64,000 nucleotides of DNA from an uncultured Candidatus Binatia bacterium. GTDB taxonomy: Bacteria > Desulfobacterota > Binatia > Bin18. Under the pieces are notes generated by a model, which did not search any database, was not told the DNA's origin, and was given only the letters and a program-made list of their open reading frames with translations. Made by a program: the position numbers and the translations under genes. Positions 10,623-20,064 of the stretch are shown here, piece after piece. The DNA is taken from assembly GCA_965200965.1 (NCBI GenBank), contig OZ241744.1, positions 1,696,001-1,760,000 on the forward strand, in the 5' to 3' direction. Position 1 is the first letter of the stretch, and every line of letters starts with the position of its first letter.

Positions 10623-12251
10623 TTAGCGCGTGGTGCTTCGTCTGAGCAGGCGGGCCAGCAGTTGCACTTCCTCTACTTTGAAGATGAAGCCCAGGGTCAG
10701 ATACAGCCCGCTGCCGGCCAGCAGAATTGCGGCCAGGTGCAACATCGGAAGCGGGGCCAGCAGGGCCCCCGGGGTAGCGGCCAGCCCTCGGCTCAGCACG
10801 AACAGACAGGTCCCGAGGGCCGCGGCCAGCAGAAAATGGGTGGCGAACTGACGGGCGAGCAGGGCTTCGTTCAGCGGGCCGCGGCGGTGGCGGAAGATGG
10901 CGTACAGCACGAGGGTATTGAGGCCCGAGGCCAGCGAGATCATCAGCGCAATGCCCCAGTGGCCCCAGACCTGCATCAGCAGCCAGCCGCCAAGGGCGTT
11001 CAGGCCGACCGAGGCCAGGCCGACGAGGGCCGGGGTGCGGGTGTCTTTGGTGGCGTTGAACAGCCGGACCATGACCTGGCTGGTCCCATAGCCGACAATC
11101 CCGACGCCATAGGCCATGAGTGCCTGGCTGGTCAGGGTGACATCTTCGGGTGTGAACTGGCCCCGCTGGTAGAGCAGGCGGGTAAGCGGCGTGGCGAGGC
11201 CGACCACGACCGCGGTGGCCGGCAGGGCTACAGCAAACAGCAGCGACAGGCCGGCGGTGGCTTTGTCCTTGAAGGCCGGCTCGGCCCCGTCGGTCTGGGA
11301 GAATTGAACGTGTCGTCTTCCTGTCGATCTGATGACACCTTCACTCCTTTGGACCGCGGACAGCTCGGTCAGCAAGACGGTATACACCGGCACGGCAAAC
11401 AGGCTGACCGGCAGCAGGAAGATGCGAAACGCATAGGCCAGGGCCGAGATGCTGCCCTCGGCCAGGGTTGAGGCCAGGGCGCGGGCAATACAGGCGTTGA
11501 TCGGCACGACCGCAGTCGCTATAAACGCCCCCAACGCCAGCCCGCCCATCTCACGCAGGGCCGGATGGTGAAAGGCGAGGCTGGGACGATAGCGCAGCCC
11601 GAGCCGGGCCAGGGCCGGGATTTGTACCGCTAACTGGACCAAGCTGCCGGCCACCACCCCGACGGCCAGGCTGCTGATGCCGCAGGACCCGCTCAGGCTC
11701 AGGGCACAGCCGATCATCACCACATTGAAGAACACCCCGGCGTACTCGGGCATGGCGTAGTGCTCCAGGCTGTTCAGCGTGCCTTTGACCACGGCCAGCA
11801 GGCAGTGCAGAACCAGCATGGGCAGCATCAGCCGAAACAGGAAGACGGCCAGATGGTGGTCGTCGCCACTCAGGCCGGGGGCGGCCAGGGTCAGGATGGC
11901 CGGGGCGGCCAGATAACAGCCGGCGGCCAGGGTCAGGGCGATGACAAAGGCCGCGGTCAGGGCCAGGCTGAAGACCGTGTTCAACTCGGCGGCGCGGTAG
12001 CGGGTGATGACCGGCACGAAGAAATTGCTCAGTACCCCGCTGAAAAACACGGTCTGGATCATTTCCGGCACATTATAGGCCACCAGAAAGGCATCGGTCA
12101 GCCGTGAGGCACCAAACAGAGCGGCCTGGACGGCTTCGCGGACAAAGCCCAGCGGCCGGCTGAGCAGGGTAGCAATGACGATGGGGCGGCCCTTGCGGAC
12201 CAGGCTGGCGCGGGAAGACACGCCGGCACTGTAGCAAGGCCGAGCGGACAC
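10623..12251 (-). CDS. murJ: Lipid II flippase MurJ/MviN (start uncertain)
   Basis: TLLSRPLGFVRE..AALFGA...DAF.VAY; RLLYQRGQF; FNATKDTRTP; many transmembrane segments. Confidence 0.92.
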   Translation of the reverse strand: MSARPCYSAGVSSRASLVRKGRPIVIATLLSRPLGFVREAVQAALFGASRLTDAFLVAYNVPEMIQTVFFSGVLSNFFVPVITRYRAAELNTVFSLALTAAFVIALTLAAGCYLAAPAILTLAAPGLSGDDHHLAVFLFRLMLPMLVLHCLLAVVKGTLNSLEHYAMPEYAGVFFNVVMIGCALSLSGSCGISSLAVGVVAGSLVQLAVQIPALARLGLRYRPSLAFHHPALREMGGLALGAFIATAVVPINACIARALASTLAEGSISALAYAFRIFLLPVSLFAVPVYTVLLTELSAVQRSEGVIRSTGRRHVQFSQTDGAEPAFKDKATAGLSLLFAVALPATAVVVGLATPLTRLLYQRGQFTPEDVTLTSQALMAYGVGIVGYGTSQVMVRLFNATKDTRTPALVGLASVGLNALGGWLLMQVWGHWGIALMISLASGLNTLVLYAIFRHRRGPLNEALLARQFATHFLLAAALGTCLFVLSRGLAATPGALLAPLPMLHLAAILLAGSGLYLTLGFIFKVEEVQLLARLLRRSTTR

Positions 12252-12468
12252 GTCAGCCGGACCGCCCCGGGCTGGGGTCGGCGGCTTTGGGGTCGTGGAA
12301 GTCGGGGTCGGTCTGATGCGCCGGTGGTGGGAAGTGTGACCGGGCGAACTTGGGTCAGGTTTGCCAGAGAGGTCGAACCCGGATCCATCTGATCAGGAGA
12401 TTCCCGTGATTACCTGCCCTGTCCCTGCTCCCCTATTTGCTTGAAGAGCAGCGCTCTGTTCCACGGCG

Positions 12469-14034
12469 TCATGGACGCGGATGTCGCCTGAAATGAATTG
12501 CATCTTTTTGACTAAGGTGCAGTTTTGCCCGCTCTACCTTGCCCATTGCGTTACGGGGAATCTCGGCAATACACCGATACAGGCGGGGGCGTTTATAGGG
12601 CGCGAGCCCATGCTCGGCGCGTGCCCTGAGCCGGGTCTCAAGTTCGGTCGGGTCTTGTCCCGGGCGCGGCACAATAAAGGCAGCGATGCGCTCCCCCAAG
12701 TCCGGGTCAGGCAGACCGGCGACGGCGCAGTCGTGTACCCCGGCTTCCAACTCTAACACTGCCTCAATCTCCCCGGGGGTGACATTGCTTCCCCCAACGA
12801 TGATGAGTTCTTTGAGCCGGCCGACAATTGACACATAGCCGTCTTGGGAGACGGCCCCGAGGTCACCGGTCCGAAACCAGATGCCATCAAAGGCGGCCGC
12901 GGTGGCCTCGGGGTCGTTCCAGTAGCCGCCAAAGACATTCGGGCCACGGACCCAGAGTTCGCCGGTGTGGCCGGTGGGGAGGGCGCGGCGCGTGTCCGGG
13001 TCAAACACCCCGATCTCTACCCCGGGCAACGGCCGGCCGACGCTGCCGGCCTTGTGGACCCCGTGGAGCGGGTTGGAGGTGTTGATGGCGGTCTCGGTCA
13101 GCCCATAGCGTTCAACCGGGGCAAAGCCAAAGCGGGTCTGAAAGCGGCGGAAGGTTTCAATCGAGAGAGGGGCCGAGCCGCAGGTGAAGAGCCGCATTGA
13201 GGCCAGCGATACCTCGTCTTCTATGTCCAGCAGGCGGTGGTACATGGTGGGTACGCCCATGAACACGCTGATGCGCTGGCGGTCGAGCGCGCGCAGGACC
13301 ACCGATGGATCAAAACGTTCCAGCAAGACCGCGGTGCAGCCGCTATACAGCGTGCCGTACAGGCCGAGTCCCAGCCCGTGCAGATGGTGGGGCGGGAGGA
13401 CATGCAGGAGGCGGTCGTCTTCGGTCATCTCCCAGGTGTCACACAGTAAAGCCTGGAGGTTGGCGTGGAGATTCCGATGGCTCAGGCCGACCCCTTTTGG
13501 CCGGCCGGTCGTGCCGCTGGTGAACAGCAGGAGGGCCAAGTCATCGTCGGCCCGATCGACAGGCTCTGGACCGGCTTGGGCACCGGCCAGGACATCCGAC
13601 ACCAGGGTCGTTCCCACGGCCCGGTCGGCAGCGCGGCCACTTACCCACCACGGCCCGGCTACTGCGGCCGTGATAGCCGGTGCCTGGCTGACCGTTTGCG
13701 GCCGGGTGATGGCAAGTTTGACCGCGGCACGCTCTAAGACGGCCTCGGCTTCGCGCGGGGCCAGGGCCGGGTTCAGCGGTACGACCCCGGCTCCAATGCC
13801 TAAGACGGCCAGATGGACAGTGGGCAATCCATCTGCCTTGCCCAGAGACAGCGCCACCCGGTCGCCGGCCTGAACACCCGCCGCCCGCAGGGCCGTCATC
13901 CAGCGTGAGGCGTCTTCCAACAGTTCGCCGCGCGTCTGCCGCCGGCTCACCCGCCCGTCCGTTTCCAGCTTCTCGAATATCGGGCGGCTGGTGTCACGGC
14001 CCAAATTGTGCCAGAAAGCCTGTGCCAGATTCAT
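12469..14034 (-). CDS. AMP-binding acyl-CoA synthetase (malonyl-CoA synthetase MatB-like)
   Basis: FTSGTTGRPKG, ERYGLTET, FRTGD, PRNAMGKV. Likely start is MNLAQAF at 14034; the ORF-track extension overlaps the opposite-strand protease gene. Confidence 0.9.
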   Translation of the reverse strand: MNLAQAFWHNLGRDTSRPIFEKLETDGRVSRRQTRGELLEDASRWMTALRAAGVQAGDRVALSLGKADGLPTVHLAVLGIGAGVVPLNPALAPREAEAVLERAAVKLAITRPQTVSQAPAITAAVAGPWWVSGRAADRAVGTTLVSDVLAGAQAGPEPVDRADDDLALLLFTSGTTGRPKGVGLSHRNLHANLQALLCDTWEMTEDDRLLHVLPPHHLHGLGLGLYGTLYSGCTAVLLERFDPSVVLRALDRQRISVFMGVPTMYHRLLDIEDEVSLASMRLFTCGSAPLSIETFRRFQTRFGFAPVERYGLTETAINTSNPLHGVHKAGSVGRPLPGVEIGVFDPDTRRALPTGHTGELWVRGPNVFGGYWNDPEATAAAFDGIWFRTGDLGAVSQDGYVSIVGRLKELIIVGGSNVTPGEIEAVLELEAGVHDCAVAGLPDPDLGERIAAFIVPRPGQDPTELETRLRARAEHGLAPYKRPRLYRCIAEIPRNAMGKVERAKLHLSQKDAIHFRRHPRP

Positions 14035-14154
14035 GCTCCGAGTGTCTAGCACAGCCCCCCAGCCGGGAAAAGGCGCACCAGAACCCCGCCGGCCATACAG
14101 ATGCGTATCCTGGGGCCGTGGGTTTGACAGGTGTTTGACAAGAAGGAGAGCTGT

Positions 14155-14542
14155 ATGGGAGCGACACATGTCACCGTCACCATACGCAACACGGCTGAAC
14201 TGGACCGCAGCTGGGAAGGGCTTTTTCCGGTTGATACCGGGGCGACCGATTGCCTCGTCCCCAGACAGCACCTTGAAGCCATTGGCCTCAAGCCCGAAGG
14301 CCAGCGGACATATGAACTGGCCGATGGCACTGCGATCACATTGGATATCGCGGGATATCGCGGTGGGGCGGATAGAGTTCATGGGGGAGTTTGTCGGCGG
14401 AACGCTCATCTTCGGCGGGGCGGACGCCGAACCACTGCTGGGCGTGACCGCCCTGAAGTCGTTCGGCATTGAGGTTGACCCGCTCAATCAGCGCCTCAAA
14501 CGCCTGCCGGCGGTGCGTCTCAAGAGCCTCAGGAACCGCTGA
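14155..14542 (+). pseudogene. Clan AA aspartic protease (AF_0612-like), frameshifted by a 10-bp tandem duplication
   Basis: VDTGAT and YELADG in one frame, PLLGVTAL..GIEVDP in another. GGATATCGCG is duplicated at 14343-14362 and removing one copy restores the frame. AAGGAG ribosome-binding site upstream. Confidence 0.88.
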
Positions 14543-14590
14543 CAGGTATCCTTTCTAAGGACATCACCATTGTCAGAAAAGGAGGAGGCC

Positions 14591-15667
14591 ATGTCTGATA
14601 AGAGATTTCGGGAAGAGGAGATCGAAGACCCCATCGGTGACGACGATCAGATCAGCACACCTATCCGTTACATGATCACCAGCTACGGCGCGGATATGCC
14701 GGTCGATGGGATCGTGAAACGGATCGAGCGCGGTGATATTGTTGTTCCATCATTCCAGCGGAATTTCGTGTGGACCCTGGCGCAAGCCTCGCGCTTCATC
14801 GAATCTTTGCTGCTCGGGCTACCTGTCCCGGGAATTTTCCTGTTCAAGGAGCCCGATACGCCAAAACAGATGATCGTTGACGGTCAGCAACGGTTGCTGA
14901 CTTTGCAGCGCTTCTACAAGGGGCTATTTGGCAACAAGAAGTTCATGCTGACCGGCGTATCTGACGAATTGAATCAGAAGACCTATGAAACATTGGCTTA
15001 TGAGGATCAACGTCGTCTCGATGACTCGATTCTCCACGCCACGATATTCCAGCAGAGCGAGCCGAGCAATGACCGGAGTTCGATCTACCAGGTCTTTGAG
15101 CGTCTGAACACGGGCGGCACACCGCTCAATCCGCAGGAAATCCGGGCTTGTGTCTATCGGGGGAAGCTGAACAAGCTTTTGTCAGAACTCGCCCAAAACC
15201 CTCATTGGCGCGACTTGTATGTTGGGAAGAGTACCAGGAAAAAGGACCAGGAGATTATCCTGCGTTTCTTCGCCCTGTATGACCGGCTGGACAGCTACGA
15301 GCGTCCGATGAAGCACTTTCTCAATACCTTTATGGGAGACCATTGCGATCTCGAACAGGCCCGGCAGGAGGATGAGCTTCGCCGGATGTTTGAGCGGACG
15401 GTAGAAACCGCGGCAACCGTCCTGACATCGAAGGCGCTCCGACCGGAACGCGCTCTGAATGTATCGGTCGCCGACGCGGTGTTGGTCGGGCTTGCCCGCC
15501 GCCTGGACGCAGGCCCTGTTTCTGACGCTGACGCGCTGAAGGCGGCTCACGAGGGGCTGTTGAAGAGACTAAAAGAGGAGTCCCTGCATACCGTAGACAC
15601 GACGGCCCCGGAGCGGGTGAAGCTACGGATCGAGTATGCGTGCGAAGCGTATGGGCCGGTCCAATGA
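14591..15667 (+). CDS. DUF262 (GmrSD N-terminal, ParB/Srx-like) domain protein
   Basis: PSFQRNFVW, IESLLLGLPVP, VDGQQRL, FERLNTGG.PL motifs; GGAGG ribosome-binding site. Confidence 0.9.
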   Translation: MSDKRFREEEIEDPIGDDDQISTPIRYMITSYGADMPVDGIVKRIERGDIVVPSFQRNFVWTLAQASRFIESLLLGLPVPGIFLFKEPDTPKQMIVDGQQRLLTLQRFYKGLFGNKKFMLTGVSDELNQKTYETLAYEDQRRLDDSILHATIFQQSEPSNDRSSIYQVFERLNTGGTPLNPQEIRACVYRGKLNKLLSELAQNPHWRDLYVGKSTRKKDQEIILRFFALYDRLDSYERPMKHFLNTFMGDHCDLEQARQEDELRRMFERTVETAATVLTSKALRPERALNVSVADAVLVGLARRLDAGPVSDADALKAAHEGLLKRLKEESLHTVDTTAPERVKLRIEYACEAYGPVQ

Positions 15668-16135
15668 GCATCGGTGACAGCCAGCGTCTGGAAAAGGCTA
15701 TCCTGTCTGCGCGTGATGCCGCCCGGGCTCTCTCAGCCGAAAACCAGGCCCGGCTTGCCCAGCTTATGACGGTCTGGGCGTCCGGCTATCTGGAAGCGAT
15801 GTGCAGAGATGTGCTGCGGGCCTATGCTGAACAGCGTGCAGACCCTGGCGTGGCACGCTTCGTCAGTCACAGCCTCACCCGCTCCCGCAGTCCAAGGATG
15901 GAGAATATCGTGGAGTTGGTTCGCTCGTTCGATAAAAATCGAGCCAGCGAGCTGGAAAATTTCGCAGAGGGGGCCATAAAAGGAAAGCATGAACAGTATA
16001 GTCGGCTTACGGAATCAAATCGCTCACGGACGCCCAACGGATATATCTGTTGGACGCATAGGGTCCTATTTTGACCATGCCAGGAAATTTGCTGAGAAAC
16101 TGGAAGCCCTTTTCAACACACGACAGAAAAGCTGA
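15664..16135 (+). pseudogene. HEPN-domain RNase (MAE_28990/RiboL-PSP-like), +1 frameshift before the active site
   Basis: ATGA overlap with the DUF262 stop; SGYLE N-terminal motif. Removing one A at 15978-15981 gives ...IKESMNSIVGLRNQIAHG...QKS*, with an R-x4-H motif. Confidence 0.8.
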
Positions 16136-16383
16136 AAATGATGAACATCCAGCACGCCAACCGCTATAACTCAGCCTGAAACAGGCCACCCTCACTCCGG
16201 TCCATGAAGAAGGGGCGGCACGGGCCTGTCCCAAGGCTACGCAGCCGGCCACCACTCGTCCCAAAGCCCTCTTTCAGCAGCCCCGGCTTTTCGCTATGCT
16301 GCCCCGGTTTGCAGGACGAATCGTGATGCCCCCCTCTCGATCTGATATCACGACTCGTCCTTCAGGAGTGACCAGGAGCAACT

Positions 16384-18177
16384 ATGAGAGAAACGAGTAG
16401 GACCTGCCCGCGGTGGCTTGGTCTCGGCCTGGGGATGCTGTTCAGCCTGCTCTCCACTGCGGCCTGGGCTGTCTTTGTTGATGAGGCCGAAACCATCCGC
16501 TTCAACGGTCGGGTGTATAACCGGACGGCGATGGCGGTTGACAGCGCGGCCGAGAACACCCGCCTCCAGACACCCTATAACAGCTGGAACATGTTGCAAA
16601 ACCGGACCTTCGTGCAGATGGAACTGCGCCACAACCTGACCGACCTGGTTATGGGCCGGTCTGAGGGTCCCTTGGCCGCGGTCCAGTCCCTGCTCAGCCC
16701 CCTCAGCTTTCTTGCTCCAGACGATTTTGAGTATTTCGTGACCTATCGTGGCGAGTACGACGGGGTGTGGGACTTTGGCCCGGACGTGTTCAGCGAGCGT
16801 TTTCCGCTGCTGAGCGACTGTGGCACGCCGGGCAAAGCGACCCAGAAGAAGCCGGGCGCTTTTGACTGCACCCAGGTCGATACCCGTCAGCGCCGGCGGA
16901 GTCGTCACCGGTTGTTTGAGGCCTATCTCAACTACACCAAGGGTCCGCTGTTTGTCCGGATTGGACGCCAAAACCTGTCGTGGGGTGAGACGGATGTGTT
17001 CCGCCTGATGGACCAGATTAACCCCCTGGACGCCAGCTTTGGCGGCTTTCTGGTCACGCTGGACGAGCGGCGCATCCCGCTCGATATGCTGCGGGTGGTG
17101 TACGGTTTTGGGGGTGTTGGCCCGCTGTCAGAGCTGAATATCGAAGGCTTTATGGTTGCGGACGACGAAGTGTCAACCCCAGTCCCGGCCGGCTCGCCGT
17201 GGTCAACCCCCAACCCGGCCGGTATTCGCAGTGCCCTCAAAAAACCGGCCCGCAACTTCACCGATATGCGGGGCGGCGGGCGGGTCGTCGGGGTGTGGGG
17301 GGATTTCATGTTCAGCGTGGCCCATTACTACACCTATCTTGACAGCGCGACGCTGCGCATTGTCACCCCAGCCACGGCTGCCCCGCTCAGACTCAGCGAG
17401 TTTCGGGACGCAACCCAGCGGGGGGAGTTCGGACGCTATCTGTTTGATCATTTTCAGGCCAATGTGTTATTTCCCAAGACGCAGATCAGCGGAGCGACCC
17501 TGACCTTTGGCCTGCCCAGCCTGTCGGCCATTATTCGCAGTGAATTTGCCTATTTTTATGCCGAGCCGTTTTTCAAGAACTCGGCCTCAGATCAACTCCA
17601 GGGGCCGGTTGCCGATCTCGCCAACTTTGCCCTGACCCCCGGTTACAGCCAAGTCCCCTGCCCGCCTTCCGTCAGCAACGATATATGCCTGCGCTACAAA
17701 ACGGACATTGACCGTTCGGACGTGATCCGCTGGTCGGTCGGCCTTGACATGGACCGCTATATCCGGCTGCTCAACCCCCAGCAGTCAATCGTCATCAGCG
17801 GCCAGGTCTTTGGCACCCATATTCTGGATTTTGACGACACCAAGCTCCGCTCGGTCAGAGACGACTTTGGCTTTGGGCACTTCGCCGTTCCGGTCTTTGA
17901 CCCGCATGGGAACAACGCGTCCTTTGTCAATATAGACCAGCACCAGCTGATCCATACCCTGTCCGTTTCAACCGCCTACCGTTCAGGCGCGGTCTCGCCG
18001 GCGCTGATCTTTCTGTACGACTGGCAGGGCGCGTGGCTGGTGCAGCCGGGCATCACCTTTACCCGCGACCCCTTCCGCTTCACCATCCAGTATAACTATA
18101 TTGACGGCCAGTTTAACGGCATCGGCTTTTTGCGTGACCGTGATAACCTGATCTTCCAGCTTGAGGTGGTCATCTAG
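16384..18177 (+). CDS. DUF1302-like outer-membrane beta-barrel protein
   Basis: Signal peptide; LFEAY...RIGRQNLSWGETD.FRLMDQINPLD; C-terminal RDRDNL.FQLEV. Confidence 0.75.
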   Translation: MRETSRTCPRWLGLGLGMLFSLLSTAAWAVFVDEAETIRFNGRVYNRTAMAVDSAAENTRLQTPYNSWNMLQNRTFVQMELRHNLTDLVMGRSEGPLAAVQSLLSPLSFLAPDDFEYFVTYRGEYDGVWDFGPDVFSERFPLLSDCGTPGKATQKKPGAFDCTQVDTRQRRRSRHRLFEAYLNYTKGPLFVRIGRQNLSWGETDVFRLMDQINPLDASFGGFLVTLDERRIPLDMLRVVYGFGGVGPLSELNIEGFMVADDEVSTPVPAGSPWSTPNPAGIRSALKKPARNFTDMRGGGRVVGVWGDFMFSVAHYYTYLDSATLRIVTPATAAPLRLSEFRDATQRGEFGRYLFDHFQANVLFPKTQISGATLTFGLPSLSAIIRSEFAYFYAEPFFKNSASDQLQGPVADLANFALTPGYSQVPCPPSVSNDICLRYKTDIDRSDVIRWSVGLDMDRYIRLLNPQQSIVISGQVFGTHILDFDDTKLRSVRDDFGFGHFAVPVFDPHGNNASFVNIDQHQLIHTLSVSTAYRSGAVSPALIFLYDWQGAWLVQPGITFTRDPFRFTIQYNYIDGQFNGIGFLRDRDNLIFQLEVVI

Positions 18178-18193
18178 ACAGGAGGACAAGACA

Positions 18194-19648
18194 ATGGGCC
18201 TGCGCACCCCGGAACAGTACAAAGAAGCCCTGAAAGACGGCCGCGAGGTCTATTATCGGGGAGAATTGGTGCCCGATGTCACCACCCATCCCATCATTGG
18301 CAAGGCGGTCAACCACGCCTGTATTGACTACCAGATGGCCGAAGACCCCCGCTACCGGGAGCTGGCCGTAGTCAGCGATCCCGGCCTGGGTGACTATTCG
18401 CGCTACTATCATCTCCCCCGCACGACCGAGGACCTGCTCCAGCGCAGCCGGCTGATTGCGGCCAGCACCCGCGAGGGGGCGACCCTGGTCGTGCTGATTA
18501 AAGAGATCGGTACCGACGCCCTGTTCGCCCTCCACATTGTCGCCGAAGAGATGGCCAAACGCGGCACGCCCGAATACAGAGACCGGGTTCGCACCTACTA
18601 CGAGCTGTGCCGCAACCGGGACTACGGCGTGGCTGTGGCCCAGAGCGATGTCAAAGGCGACCGGGGGCTCGGCCCTCGGGGCCAGGCCCACGACGACTAT
18701 TACCTGCGGGTGGTGGAAGAGCGCTCGGACGGTATCGTGGTGCGCGGGGCCAAGACGCATACCTCGGTGCTGACCAACACCGACGAGGTCATCGTCCTGC
18801 CGACGCGGGCGATGAAGCCCGACGACACAGCCTACGCGGTGGCCTTTGCTCTGCCGGCCGCCACCAAGGGACTCAAGCTGCTGGCCAGCTCCTACGGCGG
18901 GGGGGAGAAAGACCCGTTTGAGTTCCCGATCAGCGCCAGTCATAAAATGATGGAAACACTGACGGTTTTTGACGATGTGTTCGTGCCTTGGGAGCGCGTG
19001 TTCTTGAACGGTGAAACCGAAGCCGCCGGCTTCCTGGCGCTGACCTTTGTCAGGTTTCACCGTTTCACCGCGGTGTCCTATAAGCTGCCCCTGCTGGAGT
19101 TGCTGGCTGGCGCGGCCCAGGCCATAGCCGAGTACAACGGGATTGAACGGGCCGGCCATATCCGGGAGAAGCTGACCAAGCTGGCCACCTATCACGCCAC
19201 CGTCCAAGGGCTGATTTTTGCCGCGGCCCACAACCACGGGATACTTGCGCCGGGCATTGCCGTGCCCAACACCCTGCTGACCAATGTGGCCAAGTACCAG
19301 TTCGCCTCAAACTATCACGCCGCGGTGCAGATGGTGCAGGACGTGAGCGGCGGTCTGCTCGTCACCGGCCCGGCGGCCGAGGACTGGCGCAGCGAGGCGA
19401 CCGGGCCGTACCTTGAAAAGTACTATGGCGGCAAAAAAGGCACCTCGGCCGAAGAGCGCCTGCGGCTGCTGAACCTGATCTCTGACCTGACTGCGGGCGA
19501 CTTTGGCGGCTATCAGGAGGTGCTGGCCGTCCACGCCGAAGGCTCGCTGGAAGCCGAAAAACTCCAGACCTACCGGGAGTACGACTTTGCCACCGCGGCC
19601 GACTACGCCCGGCAACTCGCCGGCATCAAGCACAGGACAGACGGATGA
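18194..19648 (+). CDS. 4-hydroxyphenylacetate 3-hydroxylase (HpaB)/AbfD-family flavoprotein
   Basis: [58 protein letters not shown]. Confidence 0.88.
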   Translation: MGLRTPEQYKEALKDGREVYYRGELVPDVTTHPIIGKAVNHACIDYQMAEDPRYRELAVVSDPGLGDYSRYYHLPRTTEDLLQRSRLIAASTREGATLVVLIKEIGTDALFALHIVAEEMAKRGTPEYRDRVRTYYELCRNRDYGVAVAQSDVKGDRGLGPRGQAHDDYYLRVVEERSDGIVVRGAKTHTSVLTNTDEVIVLPTRAMKPDDTAYAVAFALPAATKGLKLLASSYGGGEKDPFEFPISASHKMMETLTVFDDVFVPWERVFLNGETEAAGFLALTFVRFHRFTAVSYKLPLLELLAGAAQAIAEYNGIERAGHIREKLTKLATYHATVQGLIFAAAHNHGILAPGIAVPNTLLTNVAKYQFASNYHAAVQMVQDVSGGLLVTGPAAEDWRSEATGPYLEKYYGGKKGTSAEERLRLLNLISDLTAGDFGGYQEVLAVHAEGSLEAEKLQTYREYDFATAADYARQLAGIKHRTDG

Positions 19649-20013
19649 AGACCTGTCCCTACTGCGCGGAAGAAATCCAGAATGCGGCGATTGTCTGTCG
19701 CTACTGCGGGCGTGACCTGCCTAGTGTCTCAGCAGAACCGCCACCCACGCCACCTTCATTGCAGCCCACTCCGCCCAGTCCGGGCGTGGCTGCGGTCCTG
19801 AGCCTGGTCATCCCTGGTGCAGGTTCCATGTATACCGGCCGGGTCACTGCCGGCCTGGTCTGGCTGATCACGACCGCCATTGGCTACTTGGCCTTTGTTG
19901 TCCCAGGCCTGCTTCTTCACCTCGCAGCGATATTCTCAGCTTACGGCGCAGCGGAAAAAAAGAACAGATCAACCCACGAAGACCCACATACCACACCTGC
20001 CAACACAGCCTAG
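19645..20013 (+). CDS. Zinc-ribbon (CxxC..CxxC) plus TM2-like membrane protein
   Basis: [10 protein letters not shown]...CRYCG; Pro-rich linker; [15 protein letters not shown] hydrophobic domain. Confidence 0.75.
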   Translation: MKTCPYCAEEIQNAAIVCRYCGRDLPSVSAEPPPTPPSLQPTPPSPGVAAVLSLVIPGAGSMYTGRVTAGLVWLITTAIGYLAFVVPGLLLHLAAIFSAYGAAEKKNRSTHEDPHTTPANTA

Positions 20014-20064
20014 CTGTCTCTTGCCGTCTGCCGAAGCCGAAGTTTCATCTGCCCCTGAGAATAT

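Noticed and set aside
14035-14487. N-terminal extension of the 672-aa acyl-CoA ligase ORF
   Set aside because: It is the antisense shadow of the aspartic protease gene; ligase homology starts at MNLAQ (14034).
16271-16284. TTTCAGCAGCCCC, resembling an insertion-sequence terminal repeat
   Set aside because: No partner inverted repeat, target duplication or transposase remnant could be identified.
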